In this document: positions 9,802 to 23,079 of the stretch, piece after piece
Layout: each line of letters starts with the position of its first letter
Numbering within the stretch: the stretch's first letter is position 1
Assembly (NCBI GenBank): GCA_963833985.1
Contig: CAWIAD010000002.1
Span: 4,832,001 to 4,896,000 of the forward strand
Source of the DNA: an uncultured Planctomycetaceae bacterium
GTDB taxonomy: Bacteria > Planctomycetota > Planctomycetia > Isosphaerales > Isosphaeraceae
DNA length: 64,000 nt
Direction: 5' to 3'
Made by a program: the position numbers and the translations under genes
The notes under the pieces: generated by a model
Told to the model about the DNA's origin: nothing
Seen by the model: the letters and a program-made list of their open reading frames with translations, nothing else
Database searches by the model: none

Positions 9802-11025
9802 TCACAGGCGGAGGCACCCGCGGGCGAGAGTCCGCCTGGACCCCCGCTCCGACCCGGCAATTTGCACGTCCGGCAGGCATCCTGCCTTCCCGCAACCACA
9901 CAGGTAGCAAACGATGCGCTCGGCGGCACGGCCGTCGCCGTAGGGATTGCTTGCCGCAGCCATCCTGGCGTAGGCTTCGCGATCTTCGAGCAATTCGGCA
10001 ACAGCTTCACATATCTCTCTGGGTCGAGTACCGACCAGCCGGGCGGCGCCAGCTTCCACCCCCTCGGGCCGCTCGGACGTCTCCCGGAGCACCAAAACCG
10101 GCTTACCCAGGCTGGGTGCCTCCTCCTGGATGCCTCCGGAGTCGGTCAGAATCAGATGGCTTGCCGCCATCAGGTGGCAAAACACGCCATAGTCGAGCGG
10201 CTCGGTCAGGAAGATTCGCTCTCGATCCTCCAGCATGCTCGTGACGGCCGTACGGACCGCCGGGTTCGGGTGGACCGAGAAGACGACTGCCAGGTCATCG
10301 AATCGGTACGTCAGTTCGAGGATCGCGGCGCAAATGCTCTTGAGCCCCTCACCGAAATTCTCACGGCGGTGGCTCGTGACCAGCACGATGCGCTTGTACT
10401 CATCCAGGATCCTTGCGACTGCGGGAGCACGCTGGCGTATCTCTTGATTGCCATGCCGGTGCGACCGGTCGAGTACCAGCCGTAACGCATCGACTGCTGT
10501 GTTGCCCGAGACGACGATCCGCGATTGATCCATGCCCTCGCGCAGCAGGTTCGCGGACGCCCGCTCCGTCGGCGCGAAATGGTGGAGCGAGAGTGTATCG
10601 ATCAGACGCCTGTTGGTTTCTTCGGGAAACGGGCTGAGTGGATTGCCAGTCCGCAGGCCCGCCTCGACGTGGCCAACGGGAATTTGCCGGTAACACGCCG
10701 CGAGGCTGGCCGCCAGCGCAGTCGTCGTGTCACCGTGGACAAGCACCAGGTCGGGTGAGAATCTCGCGAGCAGCCGGTCAGTGCCCTCGATCAGGCGAGC
10801 CGTGAGCTCCGCCAGATCCTGTCCTGGCCGCATGGCATCCAGGTCGGCATCTGGCCTGATGTCGAAAAGATCAAGCACCTGGTCGAGCAACTCGCGATGC
10901 TGCGCGGTGACGAGAACCAGGGTCTCGAACGACGAATCTGAGGCAACCCGGCCACGCAACTCCCGAATGACCGGAGCCATCTTGATTGCTTCCGGTCGTG
11001 TACCGATGATCACCGCGATTCGCAT
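9802..11025 (-). CDS. wecB: UDP-N-acetylglucosamine 2-epimerase (non-hydrolysing)
   Basis: GTRPEAIKMAP, HVEAGLRT, PFPEE, HRRENFG, TDSGGIQEEAP, NPYGDG. Confidence 0.96.
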   Translation of the reverse strand: MRIAVIIGTRPEAIKMAPVIRELRGRVASDSSFETLVLVTAQHRELLDQVLDLFDIRPDADLDAMRPGQDLAELTARLIEGTDRLLARFSPDLVLVHGDTTTALAASLAACYRQIPVGHVEAGLRTGNPLSPFPEETNRRLIDTLSLHHFAPTERASANLLREGMDQSRIVVSGNTAVDALRLVLDRSHRHGNQEIRQRAPAVARILDEYKRIVLVTSHRRENFGEGLKSICAAILELTYRFDDLAVVFSVHPNPAVRTAVTSMLEDRERIFLTEPLDYGVFCHLMAASHLILTDSGGIQEEAPSLGKPVLVLRETSERPEGVEAGAARLVGTRPREICEAVAELLEDREAYARMAAASNPYGDGRAAERIVCYLCGCGKAGCLPDVQIAGSERGSRRTLARGCLRL

Positions 11026-11498
11026 CCTGCACCGAGTCGCTCAAAGCCCCGTTCAACCTCCATGGCCGTCTGGCCCGCCGCGCATGATAGCGAAATCGGC
11101 GGGTCCCGCAATCTCGTATTCCGGGGCCGAACATCCGCCAATTACCGGTTCCCAGCGCGGTATTCCAAGGTCAACGAAATCGAACTGAAATTGTGAGTGG
11201 GCCCGTGGCCAGCAGGCGGCCTACTCGGCGTCGAGCATCTACGAAGCTGTTCCTCCAACCTGTCCATAAGGCCGCGCATCATTGCAGGGCACGTGCCGGT
11301 ATGGCTTTGATGACAAAACACGTCATTCTCGACTCGCGATCGCAACAAAGGACAAGGCAGAGAAGTTTTTGTTCACCACTTTGCTCCTCTCTCTTGGACA
11401 TCGCCGGCAGTCGGGATTCAATGGACTCTGGCATGGATGCTTCTATGCTCGCCTGGATTTCGCGGATGCTGGCCTGGAACATTTCAGAAGCGGTTCTC

Positions 11499-14400
11499 AT
11501 GAGATCAATTCGACGCATCAATCTTATATTTCTCATTAGTTTTCTGGTACTCACAAGTGAAATTTGCACCGGGGTGTACTTGTTGCATGGCACGCAGGTT
11601 CGCCGCCATGCATCTGCGCTGATTGCCAAGGCACAAACCGCTCAGGCGGCTGGCAATATCACCCAGGCTGAAGCAGCCATCACGCGGTACCTGGCGATCC
11701 GTCCGGAGAACGGCCCCGCCTGGGCTCTCTATGCGAGTCTTTTGGACCAGGAGAATTCGCGGCCTTCCGGCCCGGACCTGGAGCAGACCTACCTGGTTTT
11801 CGGACAGGCGATTCGCTCAAATCCCGGCGATGGCACGCTGCTTCGGCGCGCCGCGTCGCTGGCGATGCAGCTGGAACGGTATGAGGATGCCCTGCGCCAC
11901 CTGAGCGCCTACCGCGAGGCTCTTGTCGAAAGTCTCGACAGGCAGGGCGAGGTGGCAGCCCTCGAGGAGCTTCAGGGGCAGTGCCACGCGGCTCTGGGGA
12001 ACAGCCAGCAAGCCGAACAGGATTTCCGGCAATCGCTTGCGCACGATCCAACCCGGGTGGCCGCATTCGATCGATTAGCGCGGCTGCTGCGACGGGATCG
12101 GGGGAGGCCAGGCCTCGCCGATCGTGAAATCGAGGCGATGGTGGCCACCAACCCCGGCTCTGCCCTCGCTCATGTACTGCGATATCGGTATCGCCGCGAG
12201 TTTGAGATCTCGGCCGACCCAGGCGACATCGAGCAGGCGGTGCAGCTTGCCCCCGACGACTCCGACGTGCTGATTGTCGCCACCCAGGTCGCCCTGGAAA
12301 CCGGTGATCGGGTCCAGGCGCGGAAGTTCGTCGAAGCGGGCCTTCTGAAGCAGCCCGCCAATCCTGCCTTTTACCAGCTTGCTGCGGCCATCGAGCAGGA
12401 AGAGAACCACCCCGATCGTGCCCGGAGCATCCTGAGCCAAGGCGTCTCCACCCTCCCCGGCGATCTCGGCCTGATCCTCGCACTTGCTGAAAGCCTGATC
12501 TCGCAGGGTAAATTGGACGGTCCGGACGGAGCCGCCTCCTGGATTGAGAAGCTTCAGTCGAGCGGCGTTGCCAGCGGCTGCACCTGTTACCTCGAAGGAC
12601 GGGTGGCCATGTCGCAACGAAAGTGGCTCGTGGCGATCAATCGGCTGGAGACTGCCCGTGCCTTGATGGCGACGGATCTCCGCGTAGTCCGACAGGTCAA
12701 TCTGCTGCTGGCGGACTGCTATCGCCAGGTACCCGGCCGCGGCCAGGAACGGATTGCCGTTCTGCAAAGCGCTGCAAGTGGCGATCACGAGTCCTGGCGG
12801 GTTGTCCCGGCCCTGGCAAGGGCGATGGAAGAGGAAGGCCGGCTCAACGAGGCGATCCGGCTCCACGTGCAGCTACTGGCCAGGCGGCCCGAGTCGCGGC
12901 TTGACGTCGTTCGTCTGCGGATCCGGCAGGCCATCCAGCAACCATCGCTGCGTCGGTCCTGGGCTGCTCTCGAAGCGGATCTCGCTGAGGCCGGGAAGGC
13001 GTTGCCTGAGGCGAGCGGCGAGCTGACCCTGCTCAGGGCCGAACTTTTGACGGCCCAGGGCCAGCGGCACCAGGCACGGGCATTGCTCGAAGCGGCGCGG
13101 CGGCGCGACACTCGAAAGCTTTCCTACCGGCTCGCGCTGGCTCGGGTGCTGCTGGGAGACGTTCAAGACGGGCCCGCCGGCGCAAGCCGCACTGAAGGTC
13201 ATCGACGAGGCCGAACACGACCTCGGGCACACGGCGTCGCTCTGCATCTGCAAGATCCAGGCTCTGGCTCGAATCGGCACCGCCGAGGCGAGGCAAGCCA
13301 TCGAACGGGTTCCCGGCATGCGCTCCTCGGTTCCGGAACCGGGAGATCAGATGATCGTACTGGACGCCGCCGCCAGAGCCTTGCTGGCTCTCGGCGACCC
13401 GGACCATGCCAGGTCGATGATATGCCAGCTCTCGAAGTTCGAGACCGACGATCTGCGCCAGCTGCTGACCGTCTTCGACCTGGCGACGGCCGCAGGCGAT
13501 GGCTCCACTGCCGCACTGGCCGTGGAGCGTCTTCGTTCCATCGAGGGAGAAAATGGATGCGTCTGGAAATACGCCGACGGTACGACGTATCTCCAGCGAG
13601 CACGTTCGGGCGACGCCCAGGCCCTGGACCGGGCCTCGGCGCGGGCCATCGAGCTCGAGGAGCGTCACCGCGAATGGTGGGGTACCGACCTGCTCCTGGG
13701 CCAGCTGGCCGAACAGCAGAACAAACCCGAGGAAGCAGTCGCCCACTACTTTCGAGTGCTCGAGCAATCCGGGGACGCGCCGTCCGTGGCGCAACGTCTG
13801 GTCGCCTTGCTCTTGCGCATGGAGCGTTACAACGACATCGACCGGCTTGTGCAGCAACTCAGAAGCCAGGGGCGGGACGTCAGCGAAATAGCCTTGATCA
13901 GGGCGGTGGCGGCAATTCGTCACAAGGATGCCGAAGGCGGGCTTGCCAGGGCCCGAGAGTTTCTCAGCGAGGCGAGCAACAACCCCACGGACCTGCTCTT
14001 GCTGGGACGACTTTACGTGCTCGCCGGAAAGCTGAAAGAGGCCGACCGACCGCTCAGGCGGGCGCTCGAACTGGCCCCGGGAAGCTCGGATGCCTGGCTC
14101 TCGTACATTCAGTTACTGGCATTGACGGACCGCAGGGATCTGGCCGCCAGGCTGGCCGACCAGGCGGGCAAGCGACTCGCACCCGACCTCGGCCTCCTGG
14201 TCACTGCGCGGCGCAAGAGCTTCTTGGCGACCCGGCGGGTGCCGGCAAGGCCTACATGAAAGCCCTCGCACTGGCGCCCGATAGTCCGAAGGTGCTCTGC
14301 CAGGCCGCCGAGTTCTTCGCAAAGTACTATCAGAACGACAAGGCCATTCCGATCCTTGAAGGGCTTGTCGACACGAAACAGGCCGCGTCTCATGTACTCC

Positions 14401-15707
14401 GCTCCTGGGCCCGACGAACACTGGCCAGTTGCCTGATGAGTACACGCGATCCAGCAGCACGAGCCAGGGCGTTCGAGCTTCTGGAAACCAACCGCCGCGA
14501 GCAGCCGGACTCGCTCGAGGACCTGCGTGCCCAGGCGATCTTCAGCACCATGGATCCGCACAAGGGCTCGGAATCGGTCCGCCTGTTCCTTGATCTGGAG
14601 GCCCGCCGCGGGCTGGACCCGCGCGAGCAACTCTTGCTGGTGGAACAGCTCGAGAAGATGGGGCGGCGGGAACAGGCCGAACTCCGGATGGCGAGGCTGG
14701 TGGCCTCGAACGAGAGCGATCCCGCAATGTTGTGCCCATATGCCGAGTCGCTGATCATCGGCCGCCGTCTGGTTGATGCATCGAGATGGCTAAATGCTCT
14801 GGAGAGACGTGATCCGCAGGCGTTGCATACGATCATTCTCAAAGCGCATCTGGCGCTGGCGGAGGGTGACAGGACCACAGCACTGGAGATGCTGAAAACC
14901 CACGCTGCCAGCCACGAAGGGCCCGCCAGGCTCTCGATTGCCGGTGAACTGGAGGCGGCCGGGGACGTCGTAGCCGCCGAGGAAATGTACCGCCGGCATG
15001 CGGCCGCAGGATCCACCGTGAACGACTCGCTGCCGCTGGCGCGATTGCTGGCGCGACAGGGGCGAACCCGTGAGTCGCTGGCTCTTTGTGAGCCGGCATG
15101 GTCGCGCCCGGCAGATGCGGACGCGGCCGCCAGTATCTGCCTGATGGCGATGGAGCGCGGGAAACCGGGCCCTGAAGACTTCCGGAACGTCGAGGTGCAT
15201 CTGGAATCGGCTCGCCAAAGCGCTCGCGAAAACACGAAGCTGCTCCTCTCCCTGAGCAGACTGAGGAAGCTTCAGCACCGCTGGGACGAGGCCGTATCGC
15301 TCTTACGGCAGGCGACGGACAGAGATCCGCGTAACGTGGTCGCCCTCAATGAGCTCGCATGGATCCTCTCCCAGCATCGCGGCAATCCTTCCGAGGGCAT
15401 GCAGATCATCCAGCAAGCCATCGCGGTGGCCGGACCCGACTCCGTCTTGCTGGACACCCGCGGTGTGCTGGCGATGGAGTTGAACCAGACCGGTCAGGCG
15501 ATCGCCGACTTCAAGACGGCTGACACGATCCAGAGACGCCCGGTGCTGCTGCTGCACCTCGCGCAGGCTTACCAGCGTGCCAGCGACCGGCAGGCCAGCC
15601 TGCAATACCTTGAGCAAGCGAAGGCCCTGGGGCTCGACTCCACCTACCTGGATCCTGCCGAGAGACAGGCGATCGAGCGTCTCGAACGCCAGCTGGAGGT
15701 GCACTGA
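11499..15707 (+). CDS. Large membrane-anchored TPR protein (PEP-CTERM/EPS-system type) with two compensating frameshifts (~13175 and ~14210)
   Basis: N-terminal TM after ATG 11499; TPR-like helices. Between ~13175 and ~14210 the helical TPR reading is in the +1 frame (ORF 13318..14259), while the long ORF reads as Arg/Gly/Pro-rich nonsense. Ends with ALNELAWIL..LLDTRG..LHLA. Confidence 0.8.
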   Translation: MRSIRRINLIFLISFLVLTSEICTGVYLLHGTQVRRHASALIAKAQTAQAAGNITQAEAAITRYLAIRPENGPAWALYASLLDQENSRPSGPDLEQTYLVFGQAIRSNPGDGTLLRRAASLAMQLERYEDALRHLSAYREALVESLDRQGEVAALEELQGQCHAALGNSQQAEQDFRQSLAHDPTRVAAFDRLARLLRRDRGRPGLADREIEAMVATNPGSALAHVLRYRYRREFEISADPGDIEQAVQLAPDDSDVLIVATQVALETGDRVQARKFVEAGLLKQPANPAFYQLAAAIEQEENHPDRARSILSQGVSTLPGDLGLILALAESLISQGKLDGPDGAASWIEKLQSSGVASGCTCYLEGRVAMSQRKWLVAINRLETARALMATDLRVVRQVNLLLADCYRQVPGRGQERIAVLQSAASGDHESWRVVPALARAMEEEGRLNEAIRLHVQLLARRPESRLDVVRLRIRQAIQQPSLRRSWAALEADLAEAGKALPEASGELTLLRAELLTAQGQRHQARALLEAARRRDTRKLSYRLALARVLLGDVQDGPAGASRTEGHRRGRTRPRAHGVALHLQDPGSGSNRHRRGEASHRTGSRHALLGSGTGRSDDRTGRRRQSLAGSRRPGPCQVDDMPALEVRDRRSAPAADRLRPGDGRRRWLHCRTGRGASSFHRGRKWMRLEIRRRYDVSPASTFGRRPGPGPGLGAGHRARGASPRMVGYRPAPGPAGRTAEQTRGSSRPLLSSARAIRGRAVRGATSGRLALAHGALQRHRPACAATQKPGAGRQRNSLDQGGGGNSSQGCRRRACQGPRVSQRGEQQPHGPALAGTTLRARRKAERGRPTAQAGARTGPGKLGCLALVHSVTGIDGPQGSGRQAGRPGGQATRTRPRPPGHCAAQELLGDPAGAGKAYMKALALAPDSPKVLCQAAEFFAKYYQNDKAIPILEGLVDTKQAASHVLRSWARRTLASCLMSTRDPAARARAFELLETNRREQPDSLEDLRAQAIFSTMDPHKGSESVRLFLDLEARRGLDPREQLLLVEQLEKMGRREQAELRMARLVASNESDPAMLCPYAESLIIGRRLVDASRWLNALERRDPQALHTIILKAHLALAEGDRTTALEMLKTHAASHEGPARLSIAGELEAAGDVVAAEEMYRRHAAAGSTVNDSLPLARLLARQGRTRESLALCEPAWSRPADADAAASICLMAMERGKPGPEDFRNVEVHLESARQSARENTKLLLSLSRLRKLQHRWDEAVSLLRQATDRDPRNVVALNELAWILSQHRGNPSEGMQIIQQAIAVAGPDSVLLDTRGVLAMELNQTGQAIADFKTADTIQRRPVLLLHLAQAYQRASDRQASLQYLEQAKALGLDSTYLDPAERQAIERLERQLEVH

Positions 15708-16092
15708 CGAGACGGCCTCGCAAGCCAACGTGTCGTCAGAGGGAGTTTCCAGGCTGCGGGTCGGTCTCACGGCGAGTGTCCTCCCGATCCTTGCCCGAGA
15801 GCTGCATTCCTTGACCCCGGAGGTGTCGACCGCGACGTTGCATTCAGTCCGAAGGTGTCTACGGAAAGGCGGGTGGTCCGTCTTCATTACGGACTGGTTA
15901 CGGGACACGCGGGCCGTGATCCGGCCACGACTGTTGCCGATTTCCAGCGGCTGTCACCTGGCCCGCGATTGAACCAGTCGGTTCCTGGTCGAGCCTTGGC
16001 GTTCGCTCTTTGAGCCCAACATCCAACAACGCTCGACACCACGAACCGGTCACGCTCATTCTTCTAGATCCTGTCACGGGGACTCTCCGATC

Positions 16093-16866
16093 ATGATCCT
16101 GTCGAAGCCGATCATCCTGGCCGGGCTCGCCTCTGCCGCGATGATGCTCTGCACCGCCTCCACCAGGGCGGACAGCTACAGCTATGCCGAGACCAACGTC
16201 GGTGGAGCGGCCAATTACGTCGACATCAGTGCCAACGTGAACGGGTCGACGCTGAACGGCCTCTACTACGACCAGTACGCTACGACCCTGGCCACCTCGG
16301 CCAGTGGTGCCAATTCAGCGACCTTCCGGTCCTTCTGCGTGGATATGTTCCACGAAGTATCGACGTCCTTCAGCTCCCTCGCCAGCAGCCCCCTGCCTCT
16401 GGCGAGCTCGTTTGGAGGCACCACGGGCACAACCGCGCCGGCAGGGATCAACCCGGCCGCACTCGGAGCGGCCGCTTGGATCATCAACACCTTCGGACAA
16501 GGAACGATCACCGACGCTCAGTGGGCCGGTATCCAGATCGCAAGCTGGAAGGCGGAGTTCGAGACCAACATGGCCGACCGCACCAACCTGGGCGCCGGAA
16601 ATGTCCGGTTCTCGGGGGGTTCAAGCTCGGCGTCCCTGACCTACGCGGCGCAGTATCTGGCCGCCTGGGCCAGTGCCGGCTATGCTTCCAGCAGCGCGCT
16701 TTTGGTAAACTACGCAAGCAATTCCCAGGGCGCTCATTACCAGTACCAGCTCATCGCCGTCCCCGAGCCATCCAGCCTGGCCATCGCGGGCCTTGGCGGG
16801 CTTGGCCTCGTGGGCTATGGTCTACGCCGACGCCGGATCAGCCGCGTCCCGAGCGAAACCGCCTGA
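16093..16866 (+). CDS. PEP-CTERM sorting-domain protein (possible Cys-Gln thioester-like domain)
   Basis: Signal peptide; C-terminal VPEPSSLAIAGLGGLGLVGYGLRRRR; internal SFCVD...IQIASW. Confidence 0.92.
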   Translation: MILSKPIILAGLASAAMMLCTASTRADSYSYAETNVGGAANYVDISANVNGSTLNGLYYDQYATTLATSASGANSATFRSFCVDMFHEVSTSFSSLASSPLPLASSFGGTTGTTAPAGINPAALGAAAWIINTFGQGTITDAQWAGIQIASWKAEFETNMADRTNLGAGNVRFSGGSSSASLTYAAQYLAAWASAGYASSSALLVNYASNSQGAHYQYQLIAVPEPSSLAIAGLGGLGLVGYGLRRRRISRVPSETA

Positions 16867-16898
16867 GTTTTCGCTGCCCCGTTGTGGCAAGGTAACGC

Positions 16899-16929
16899 GG
16901 AGAGAGGGTCGCTTGAGAACCCTCTCTCC
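16899..16929. terminator. Hairpin downstream of the PEP-CTERM gene
   Basis: ggagagagggt ... accctctctcc, an 11-bp perfect inverted repeat; no strong U-tract. Confidence 0.5.
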
Positions 16930-17137
16930 ACGCCGCACCTCCGATCGTGAGAATTGGCTGCGAAACTGAAGAGCAGCGAGCTACCTCCTTGTCCCGATCC
17001 TGAGAGCGGCCGTCTCGCTTCGTCCCGCCCGCGCGATCCGGGACGGCGAGCCGTTCCCATCGAAGAGGATAGACGACCAGATGACCCACATCGCCGGATT
17101 GTGGCGCACGCATCCAGGAACTTCGCGGGAAGGCCAA

Positions 17138-19096
17138 ATGTCCACGCGGAAAAAGCTGGCTTTTGCCCTGACGACCGTCACCGGCTTGCTGCTGACGCTG
17201 GAAATGGTACTGAGAGCCTGCGGGGTACCCTCAGCATCGCAGCGGAGAGATCCCTTCGCGGGGTTCACTCCGCAAGTGCCTCATTTCCAGGTCGGAACAG
17301 ACGACGGCGGTAACGAGGCCGTCACAGTTGCACCGAACCGCCGCGAGACGATGAATGCTCAGCATTTCCCCAGACACAAGGCACCGGGCACCTACCGGAT
17401 CGTCTGCCTGGGAGGCTCGGCGATCTATGGCCGCCCATTCTTCGATCACACGTCCCTGGCCGGCTGGCTCCGCGTGCTCTTGCCCAGGGCTGATCCATCA
17501 CGAAAGTGGGAGGTGATCAACGCCGGTGCAATCAGCTACGCCAGCTATCGCATCAAGGGGCTCATGGCCGAGCTCTCCCAGTACGAACCGGATCTGTTCA
17601 TCGTCTATACCGGCGAGAACGAATTCCTGGAACGGCGAACCTACGCAGGTGTATTTCAAACCCCAGGGCTGATCAGAACCGCGGCCGGTCTGGCAAGCGA
17701 TTTCCGTATCACCACCGTGATGAAGTACGGGCTGGAGCTGGTCGGGCTCACCAGGGAGAGCCCGATCACTTCGGCCTCGGGAATCCGGGATGAGGTCGTG
17801 CGGATCCCGGTTGGCACGGTCGGCCCCGACGCCTACACGCGCGATGAAGCCTTTCGCCGCCAGGTCTTGATGCACTTCGAGCACAGCCTCAACGCAATGG
17901 TGGACCTGGCACAGGCGGTCCATGCCAGGCTGATGCTGGTCACACCCTTGTCGAACTTGCGTGATTTCGCGCCGTTCAGAAGCGCGCACATCGTCGGGTT
18001 GTCCGACACCCAGCAGCAGGAATGGCAAGGGGCCTACGAACATGGCCGGTCCTTCTTGCGAGCAGGCCGCGTCGACGAAGCCGTCCAGTGGTTCACTCGG
18101 GCGCGGGCGATCGACGGCCGGCACGCGGATCTTCTGTATCGTACGGGCCAGGCTCTGCTGGCCGCAGGCGACATCGCTGCGGCCCGGGAGTGCCTGGTCA
18201 GAGCCCGCGAAGAAGACATCTGCCCGCTCCGCGCCACGTCCGACACGTTGCGAATCATACGCAGGGTCGCCAGCCGGCGGGGAGTTCCGCTGCTCGATTT
18301 TGAGCAGCAGGCAGGCTTGCGTGCCAGACACAGAATCCCCGGCGACGAGCTCCTTTGCGATCACGTTCACTTGCAGCTTGCGGCCACGAAGTTGCTGGCC
18401 CTTGATGTACTGGCCGGGCTCGTGGAGGAAAGGATCGCCACTCCGGCGGTCCTCTGGGGACCAGCGGCTGTCGAGCAAGCAAGCAGGGAAATCGAGGCCG
18501 GCATCGACGGCCCACGGTATGCCCGCGAGCTCTATCAACTCTCTCGCCTTCTCGATGCCCTCGGCCAGCCGGAGCAGGCCTTGAAGCGCGTCGAGGAGGG
18601 CCTCCACCTGAGCAAGGGCGACGCGGACGGCTTCTGCCTTGCGGGGCGTTACACGCGCAAGCTCGGAAACCATGACGCGTCTGCAAACTTCTACGCGAAA
18701 GCCCTGGCCATCCAGCCCGGAGCCGCCCCGGCACTGGAAGGGCTGGCCAGCCTGTTCCTCGATGAAGGCAAGCCGGCGGCTGCGATCGGCCTTCTCTCGG
18801 AAGCCGTCCGATCTGCACCCGATACCCCGTCGCTTCTGAACCTGCTCGGTGTGGCCCATGCGCGGGTGGGCCATCACGAGCAAGCCGTTGCCTTGCTGAG
18901 CCGGGCTTCTCTCCTCCTTCCCCGCGAGCCGGCCATCCACCGGAACCTCGCGCTTGCCCAGGAGCATCAGGGCAGGTATTCTGACGCCGCGCTGCATTAC
19001 CGCGAGGCTCTCCGGCTGCAACCCTCCGACCAGCAGGCAAGCAAGGCTCTCGATCGCATCGCGGCAACAACAGCCTCACGCAAGGCGGGACGGTAA
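17138..19096 (+). CDS. SGNH-like domain + TPR membrane-anchored protein
   Basis: N-terminal TM; RIVCLGGS, VINAG..SYAS, YTGENEF, DHVH; C-terminal TPRs. Confidence 0.8.
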   Translation: MSTRKKLAFALTTVTGLLLTLEMVLRACGVPSASQRRDPFAGFTPQVPHFQVGTDDGGNEAVTVAPNRRETMNAQHFPRHKAPGTYRIVCLGGSAIYGRPFFDHTSLAGWLRVLLPRADPSRKWEVINAGAISYASYRIKGLMAELSQYEPDLFIVYTGENEFLERRTYAGVFQTPGLIRTAAGLASDFRITTVMKYGLELVGLTRESPITSASGIRDEVVRIPVGTVGPDAYTRDEAFRRQVLMHFEHSLNAMVDLAQAVHARLMLVTPLSNLRDFAPFRSAHIVGLSDTQQQEWQGAYEHGRSFLRAGRVDEAVQWFTRARAIDGRHADLLYRTGQALLAAGDIAAARECLVRAREEDICPLRATSDTLRIIRRVASRRGVPLLDFEQQAGLRARHRIPGDELLCDHVHLQLAATKLLALDVLAGLVEERIATPAVLWGPAAVEQASREIEAGIDGPRYARELYQLSRLLDALGQPEQALKRVEEGLHLSKGDADGFCLAGRYTRKLGNHDASANFYAKALAIQPGAAPALEGLASLFLDEGKPAAAIGLLSEAVRSAPDTPSLLNLLGVAHARVGHHEQAVALLSRASLLLPREPAIHRNLALAQEHQGRYSDAALHYREALRLQPSDQQASKALDRIAATTASRKAGR

Positions 19097-19125
19097 GCTG
19101 CACCGGCTCTGCCAGCACTGCGCAT

Positions 19126-19168
19126 GAAAAAACCGGCTCCTGTCCCGATAAGGGCCAAGGAGCCGGTC
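19126..19168 (-). terminator. Intrinsic terminator of the rRNA operon
   Basis: accggctcc...ggagccggt stem followed on the minus strand by a T6 tract, immediately after 5S. Confidence 0.8.
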
Positions 19169-19178
19169 ATGGATGAGA

Positions 19179-19287
19179 TTCCGGCGATCACCGACTTTCG
19201 CGCCTGAGCACTATCATGGGCCCGGCGGGCTTAACGGCCGTGTTCGGAATGGGAACGGGTGTGACCCCGCCGGTATGGTCGCCGGAA
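19179..19287 (-). rRNA. rrf: 5S rRNA
   Basis: Reverse complement contains ACACCCGTTCCCATTCCGAACACGGCCGTTAAGCC, with terminal stem tccggcga/tcgccgga; ends approximate. Confidence 0.93.
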
Positions 19288-19522
19288 AACCGGCCGGCGC
19301 GCATTTCTGCGCGACGACCGCTTTGCGGATGGTCGGTCACACGCGGGTTTCAGGATGCACGCACACCGGGTGAGGGGCACGTTCGGGGAACAGGGACTGG
19401 TGGTGGGTTCGCGGCCCGGGTGGGGCACGCGCCGTCACCAGTCCGATGGGACCTGACCCTTGTTCGGATCGAGTCCGGTGAGTCCACTCCGCGGCGTTCC
19501 CGGGATGGGGGGCCGATCGGGG

Positions 19523-22324
<2,802 letters not shown>

Positions 22325-22715
22325 CGCCGATCGGACCTCCGGCTTCCGGAGAAGACGCAGGCCGACAGCGGGCTCACTCGGGTCCGGACCGTGCGGCCGC
22401 GGCGTCTCGCGACGCGACGGCCGGTGCCAGACCCATCGATTCGATCCGTAAGGGTTCGTTATCTTCTTCAGAGCCCCGACCGACGCGGATGGTTGGACTG
22501 ACGTCGCCCCTTCCCACCGGCCAGAGCCGTGAAACTGTTCGTTGGAGAGTGCCACTCACCCTCGCGTCTCGCCGGCACGGCCAAAGCCTGCCGCCGATCA
22601 CGCGGGTGTGTGTGAATTCCACCAGGTCCATGTAGGAACACAAGGCACGCAGCGACAAGATCGGAATCTTGCCCCACGCGCGGACCTGGCTGATTCGTGT
22701 GTGACCAACCACCGA

Positions 22716-22748
22716 ATTGTCAAGGAACACGCGGCGGATTGCTCCGCC
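22716..22748 (-). promoter_or_regulatory. Spacer antitermination boxB-like hairpin + boxA-like element
   Basis: Minus strand GGCGGA-GCAA-TCCGCC (GNRA hairpin) followed by TGTTCCTTGACAAT, resembling the leader copy GCTCTTTGACAAT. Confidence 0.65.
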
Positions 22749-22842
22749 ACTCCCGGCCAAGCTGCTGGCCAGGGGGCGAGGCCCTGCGACAAGGGCACCG
22801 CCCCGCGCCCAGAGGCGAGGGGAAAGAAATCTCGGTTGATTG

Positions 22843-23079
22843 CTACGGTCGTCCAGAACTCTTGGGCATCGTCTCGATCAGGGCCCGGAGCAGGCTGTTG
22901 ACCGACTCCGCGGTGGTGAACACCTTGCTCACATCCGGGTCAAGGGCCACCACCAGCCGATCTCGATCGCTCGGGCTCGCAAACCGATTCGGCCGGGCTT
23001 GCGTGTAGTCAAACGCATACTCGGAACGAAGCTCGTCCGATGGCTCCAGCGGGCGGTCACCCACCTTGGTCTTCTTCAT
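22843..23079 (-). CDS. Putative antitoxin (BrnA/DUF4415-like) inside the 16S-23S spacer
   Basis: MKKTKV...DELRSEYAFDYTQARPNRFA...VALDPDVSKVFTTAESVNSLLRALI, 78 aa; overlaps the toxin 3' end by 23 nt. Confidence 0.8.
   Translation of the reverse strand: MKKTKVGDRPLEPSDELRSEYAFDYTQARPNRFASPSDRDRLVVALDPDVSKVFTTAESVNSLLRALIETMPKSSGRP

Noticed and set aside
19288..19522. Possible tRNA or ncRNA in the 23S-5S spacer
   Set aside because: Only GC hairpins and the 3' arm of the 23S processing stem; no cloverleaf or CCA seen
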